Of a stretch of 64,000 nucleotides of DNA, positions 60,022-64,000 are shown piece by piece. Where the stretch lies: IMG/VR virus record IMGVR_UViG_3300021399_000098. One strand, given 5' to 3'. The translations under genes were made by a program, and so were the position numbers. The notes beneath the pieces were generated by a model, which was not told the origin of the DNA, did no database searches, and was given only the letters and a program-made list of their open reading frames with translations. The stretch is from a virus (Duplodnaviria; Caudoviricetes). The stretch's first letter is position 1; each line of letters starts with the position of its first letter.

Positions 60022-60642
60022 ATGCCATTGATATTCGAAGACTCACAGAAAGTAACCAAAAAACAGATATACATTCCGCAGAAAGCCAAACAAAAGTTCA
60101 AAGCGATGGAAAAAATCTACGAACCTTTGTTGGATAAAAATCTTGCTGGTAGTAAAGTTCTTAAATCCCTTGCTGCTGATAAAAAATACAACAAAAAAGG
60201 CCCTAACGCAAACCAAAACGGTAATGAAATTACGCAAGACTCTGTTAGTGTAGAAGATGCAAAAGTGAGGCTTCATAGATTAAATAAACTACCTCAAAAC
60301 GATATTAGAAGAGAACTAAACGGTGGCGAGCTAGCGGCAAACATATACAAAAAAGGAATAGAAAATGCTAGGAGTCAAGAGAAGGTTTCAACGGTAGAAC
60401 CTCCAAAGCCTCCAAAGCCAACATCAGCAAATTCGGTAAAACCGCCATCAGTGAAGACTAAAACGATTTCAAAACCAAATGGTAAAATCACATTCACTGT
60501 AACATCTGAAAACAGAGTGATAAAGGAAAGTAAGGCATTATCTAAAATTGCTGAAGAAACTAGGAAAGATACGAAAAAAATTTACATAACTGAAAAACAA
60601 ATGCTTAGAAATGGCAAACACATTAGAAAATACACTAAATAA
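60022..60642 (+). CDS. Basic hypothetical protein
   Basis: 206 aa, Lys/Pro-rich. Confidence 0.7.
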   Translation: MPLIFEDSQKVTKKQIYIPQKAKQKFKAMEKIYEPLLDKNLAGSKVLKSLAADKKYNKKGPNANQNGNEITQDSVSVEDAKVRLHRLNKLPQNDIRRELNGGELAANIYKKGIENARSQEKVSTVEPPKPPKPTSANSVKPPSVKTKTISKPNGKITFTVTSENRVIKESKALSKIAEETRKDTKKIYITEKQMLRNGKHIRKYTK

Positions 60643-61168
60643 AGTAGGCAATGCCATAGAGACAATTCTAGGCAGCAACAGTCCAAAAGAGACTAGCCCT
60701 ACTGCTGTTACAACTGGTCAAACTTGTCTTGAACGTTATGGAATGGAAACTAGAAAAGAGCATTTGATGAGGAATGAATGGAAAAAGGACTTGCAATACA
60801 CAAAAGCCTTGGTCAATTCGGAATATGAAATACAAAGTGAATTCATAGTTTCCTCATACGAAGACAGACTTAGAGAAAAGGCACTTAACGCTGCTGCCAT
60901 AGAAGCAGACAAAACATTCAAAAAGCAAATGGCTGCTGAAGACAAAGCTGCTAAAAAGGCTAAAAAGAAGAGGGAAAAGGAAGAACGCCTAAAGAAAAAA
61001 CAAGAAGGAAATAAGGCAACAAATCCAGATGGAACTGTAGAACATTATAACAAACCACAAGAAACAATTACCAAAGTTGGTGGTATTACCGAAGAGAATG
61101 CTGCACAGTATCAAACATTTTTTGATAACTTCCGAACAATAGCTATGGGTGGAAACCCAAATATTTAA
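60611..61168 (+). CDS. Hypothetical protein sharing an N-terminal motif with 61222..61650
   Basis: MANT...GQTCLERYGMETR. Confidence 0.7.
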   Translation: MANTLENTLNKVGNAIETILGSNSPKETSPTAVTTGQTCLERYGMETRKEHLMRNEWKKDLQYTKALVNSEYEIQSEFIVSSYEDRLREKALNAAAIEADKTFKKQMAAEDKAAKKAKKKREKEERLKKKQEGNKATNPDGTVEHYNKPQETITKVGGITEENAAQYQTFFDNFRTIAMGGNPNI

Positions 61169-61221
61169 CCAAACTACTATTTATAATAAAAAATAAAATA
61201 TTTAAAAATTTATAGAGAAAT

Positions 61222-61650
61222 ATGGCAAATACAGTTCAAAACGGTCAGACATGCCTTGAGAAAAGAGGCATGGAAGAAAGACATCAAGAGATAACTCGTA
61301 GTGACTATAACATCGAAAACCAGTATGGCGCAACCCATAAGGATGCAACTAGTGACGGTGATGCGCAAGGTAAGGGAACTGGACATGGCGGACACACTCA
61401 CTTCCTTCCTGACTGCACAAAGCCAACAAACATGATTAACTACAGCAACTTTGATACCGAAAACGGTGGTGGCTGCTATGACATCAAGGGTAGAAACGGC
61501 ATCAGTGGTCGTGAAAGAGCACTCGCAATTTCAATGTACAACAAAGAACAGCCTTATGGTGCAGCTTTGGTTGACACTACCGCTAACATAAATGATGGTC
61601 AGTATTTCGTTGGACAGCAGATTGGTAGTCCTAGCTCAAACTGTGGATAA
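61222..61650 (+). CDS. Hypothetical protein (probable virion protein)
   Basis: MANTVQNGQTCLEKRGMEER; DATSDGDAQGKGTG; TATTTATA at 61178. Confidence 0.75.
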   Translation: MANTVQNGQTCLEKRGMEERHQEITRSDYNIENQYGATHKDATSDGDAQGKGTGHGGHTHFLPDCTKPTNMINYSNFDTENGGGCYDIKGRNGISGRERALAISMYNKEQPYGAALVDTTANINDGQYFVGQQIGSPSSNCG

Positions 61651-61670
61651 TTAAATCTGATTAAAATAGT

Positions 61671-62444
61671 ATGGGCTTAACATTATCAGACATCTTGGCC
61701 AATATCATTAAAGAAGATGCTTCAAACGGCATCAACTCATATGATACTGACATGAAAATAAAATATGCCATCGCAAACAGAAAATATATTTCACTGTATT
61801 ATGATGACAAAAAAGGAAAAATGATTGGTTCTAAAGGAAACCCAAAAGGTTTCAGAAGAATCATTCCGTATTGTTATGGCTCAAGGAAAGGAAGACCAGC
61901 ATTAAGATGTTTTCATGTCTTTAAGACAAACACGAAGAGAGGCCCACTTAAGTGGAAATTCTTCTATGTTGACAACATAAGCAACTTGAGGGTATATGAA
62001 AACTGGCCTTCATTCACACAAAAAGACATCCCACAGAACTTCAACCCAAACGGTGATAAGCATATGGATGAAATATATGCAATCGTTGACTTTGGGTATG
62101 AATCACCATTGAACAAAGCAAAAACTGAGTTTAAACAACAAAATCCAAAAGGAAGTGTCAAAAACGTTAACTCATTATCTAATCTAACACAATACAAAGA
62201 CCCTACTGCAAAATTCAAAAACAACAAGACAAACTACGGTGCAGTTAAAACAAACGTTGATAGACGTAATGCAGAAATGTCACCAAACAATAGGGAAGAA
62301 TATTGGAAAGATTATGACAGAGCTAAAGAGGAAATACAGCAAAACAACAACGGTCCTGTCAACAGTTACGATGAAAACGATTACGATGTAAATGACGTTG
62401 ATTTTGACGAAAATAATTTCAAAACAAATACAAACAGAAGATAA
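61671..62444 (+). CDS. WYL-domain protein
   Basis: AIANRKYISLYY..GFRRIIPYCYG..LRCF..WKFFYVDNI. Confidence 0.7.
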   Translation: MGLTLSDILANIIKEDASNGINSYDTDMKIKYAIANRKYISLYYDDKKGKMIGSKGNPKGFRRIIPYCYGSRKGRPALRCFHVFKTNTKRGPLKWKFFYVDNISNLRVYENWPSFTQKDIPQNFNPNGDKHMDEIYAIVDFGYESPLNKAKTEFKQQNPKGSVKNVNSLSNLTQYKDPTAKFKNNKTNYGAVKTNVDRRNAEMSPNNREEYWKDYDRAKEEIQQNNNGPVNSYDENDYDVNDVDFDENNFKTNTNRR

Positions 62445-62445
62445 A

Positions 62446-63117
62446 ATGGCAAAACAAGTAGACCCAAATAAAATAGCTAATTTACAGTCGGCAATGTCTA
62501 GGGCATCAAAGTTAATGAGATTGGAGTCCAATGGAACTCTAGATAAAATTGCAAAAGCACATAAGGGAGAGATTAATGAGTCATTAGGTGGTGATGGTTC
62601 AATGACAACAGAAAGCATGATGACTACGGCTAGAAACAGAAACACTCAAGCACCAATCGCAGGAGGGCAAATGCTAGGCGCAGGAGCAGGAAATGTTCCA
62701 TCAATCATCAGAGAATCATTTGCTAATAACCCAATTGATGAAAGAGCATTATACGCTGGTCTTGGCGATGGTAGAGACTTGTCATTCCTAAATGAGTCAA
62801 TGCCTACCCAACAAGTACAAGCACCTTCATCACAAGAGATAAGACAAATCATTAATGAAAGTGCTCCGCAAACAATGCAAGTTCCACAACAAATAGACTA
62901 CCCTATGATTAGGACAATAGTTGAAGAAATAGTTAGGAAATATGCAGTGTCACTTAAAAACAAAATACTGACAGAAGACAAGCAAAACATGAATGAGGTC
63001 AATACCGTAATGCTCGGAAAATCATTCAAGTTCCTTGCGAAAAACGGTGACATATACGAAGCAAAACTTACCAAAGTTGGTAACATAAATGACAAAAAAA
63101 AGAGCGTTAATGAATAA
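62446..63117 (+). CDS. Hypothetical protein with repeated (I/L)NE(S) motifs
   Basis: Start refined to MAKQVDP; followed by a terminator at about 63094-63128. Confidence 0.7.
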   Translation: MAKQVDPNKIANLQSAMSRASKLMRLESNGTLDKIAKAHKGEINESLGGDGSMTTESMMTTARNRNTQAPIAGGQMLGAGAGNVPSIIRESFANNPIDERALYAGLGDGRDLSFLNESMPTQQVQAPSSQEIRQIINESAPQTMQVPQQIDYPMIRTIVEEIVRKYAVSLKNKILTEDKQNMNEVNTVMLGKSFKFLAKNGDIYEAKLTKVGNINDKKKSVNE

Positions 63118-63143
63118 CGCTCTTTTTTATTTTTAGGTAATAA

Positions 63144-63572
63144 TTAGATTTGTACAATTAGAAGAATAGTATTTCTATCCATCTTAACTCTCTTATATTC
63201 TTTCCAATTTAGCAATTCTGCCAAAGCATATAATTGCGATAATTTTAGGTGATTCTTACCAAACTGTAAAGGCATTCTAAGATATTTAGAAGTCATTTCA
63301 TGTCCATTAAGCATCGGATTTGCACTAATTACCCCATCTTTATCTAGTGTGTCAAATGAGTCTCCCATTCTTGTTAATTTTGAATTAAGGGCATCTAAAT
63401 CCTCTTGTGTTAGACCTATTTTTATAGTTTGACTATAATGATGCCCCTCATCATCCCAATTGCTAGGATAACTAACAGAAGGCATACTTTCTTCCTTTAA
63501 TACTCTTTTTACTGATTCCTTCACGATTCTATGAAGGTCTGATTCTGTTAGTCTAATTAATTTCTTATCCAT
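63144..63572 (-). CDS. Hypothetical protein with N-terminal IRLTESDLHRIVKESV tag
   Basis: MDKKLIRLTESDLHRIVKESVKRVLKEE; TATTTATA motif at 63631-63638. Confidence 0.8.
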   Translation of the reverse strand: MDKKLIRLTESDLHRIVKESVKRVLKEESMPSVSYPSNWDDEGHHYSQTIKIGLTQEDLDALNSKLTRMGDSFDTLDKDGVISANPMLNGHEMTSKYLRMPLQFGKNHLKLSQLYALAELLNWKEYKRVKMDRNTILLIVQI

Positions 63573-63700
63573 AGTATATTATTTTTTGTATTTATTAGTC
63601 TTTTATTGCTGCATAGGTTAATTTATTTACTATAAATATTTGTTTATACGGATATGTTTTTATTTTTTCAAAAAAGAAATAATTTTTTAATATATTAAAA

Positions 63701-64000
63701 ATGGATAAAAAAATCAAAATGTTAGTAATACCATCTGACCGTACAGGTGTTGGTAAGTTCCGTTCAGTTGACCCTCACGTATACATTGGTGAGCATTATT
63801 CTGACGAATTCGATGTGGATGTTGTGTACAACATGCCAAACGGAAACTTGGAAGAGTTCTTGAAACAGTACGACTTGATTCACATTCACAAACAGCTTGA
63901 CAAAAACTGTCAATTAATCGACTTAATGAAATTCTTGGGAATTCCAGTTATCATAGACATTGATGACCATTTCAAACTAGGAAATGACCATCCAATGTCA
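63701..64000 (+). CDS. Probable glycosyltransferase, N-terminal part (truncated by the window end)
   Basis: MDKKIKMLVIPSDRTGVGKFRSVDPH...YDLIHIH...VIIDIDDHF. Confidence 0.6.
   Translation, partial: MDKKIKMLVIPSDRTGVGKFRSVDPHVYIGEHYSDEFDVDVVYNMPNGNLEEFLKQYDLIHIHKQLDKNCQLIDLMKFLGIPVIIDIDDHFKLGNDHPMS

Noticed and set aside
1-64000. Stop-codon reassignment (TAG to Gln) as in some large gut Bacteroidota phages
   Set aside because: Long genes are uninterrupted in the standard code, and TAG acts as a normal stop at plausible gene ends (e.g. 10564, 14024, 18772, 19810)
1-64000. tRNA, rRNA or CRISPR arrays
   Set aside because: No cloverleaf or repeat-spacer pattern seen in the short intergenic regions; a tRNAscan/Infernal run would be needed to exclude them formally

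Overview
This 64 kb, AT-rich window comes from a large (jumbo-type) contractile-tailed phage that most likely infects Bacteroidota: TAnnTTTGCA host-type promoters precede the plus-strand accessory and replication genes. It uses the standard genetic code. The mostly minus-strand tail module contains a baseplate-type protein, tape measure, hub/chaperone proteins, tail tube, a tube paralog, sheath, a tail completion protein and a large set of modular fibre proteins. The window also encodes a family B DNA polymerase with a LAGLIDADG intein, several free-standing endonucleases and accessory enzymes (SprT, AAA ATPase, KptA/Tpt1, SLOG, PRTase-HAD, ART-like, WYL, glycosyl- and acetyltransferases). Highlights: (1) a complete diversity-generating retroelement (target-VR/hairpins/avd/TR/RT) whose RT is frameshifted by one extra unit of a 5-bp tandem repeat, plus a second orphan DGR-type target; (2) two clear cases, and one doubtful case, of gene 3' ends duplicated as synonymously recoded copies on either side of inserted genes; (3) a portable ~25-aa peptide (IRLTESDLHRIVKESV..IL.E) fused to unrelated cargo proteins, possibly a capsid-packaging and protease-cleavage tag; (4) a candidate late promoter, TATTTATA, which is the reverse complement of the T4 late promoter. 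All calls come from reading motifs by eye; no database searches were run.
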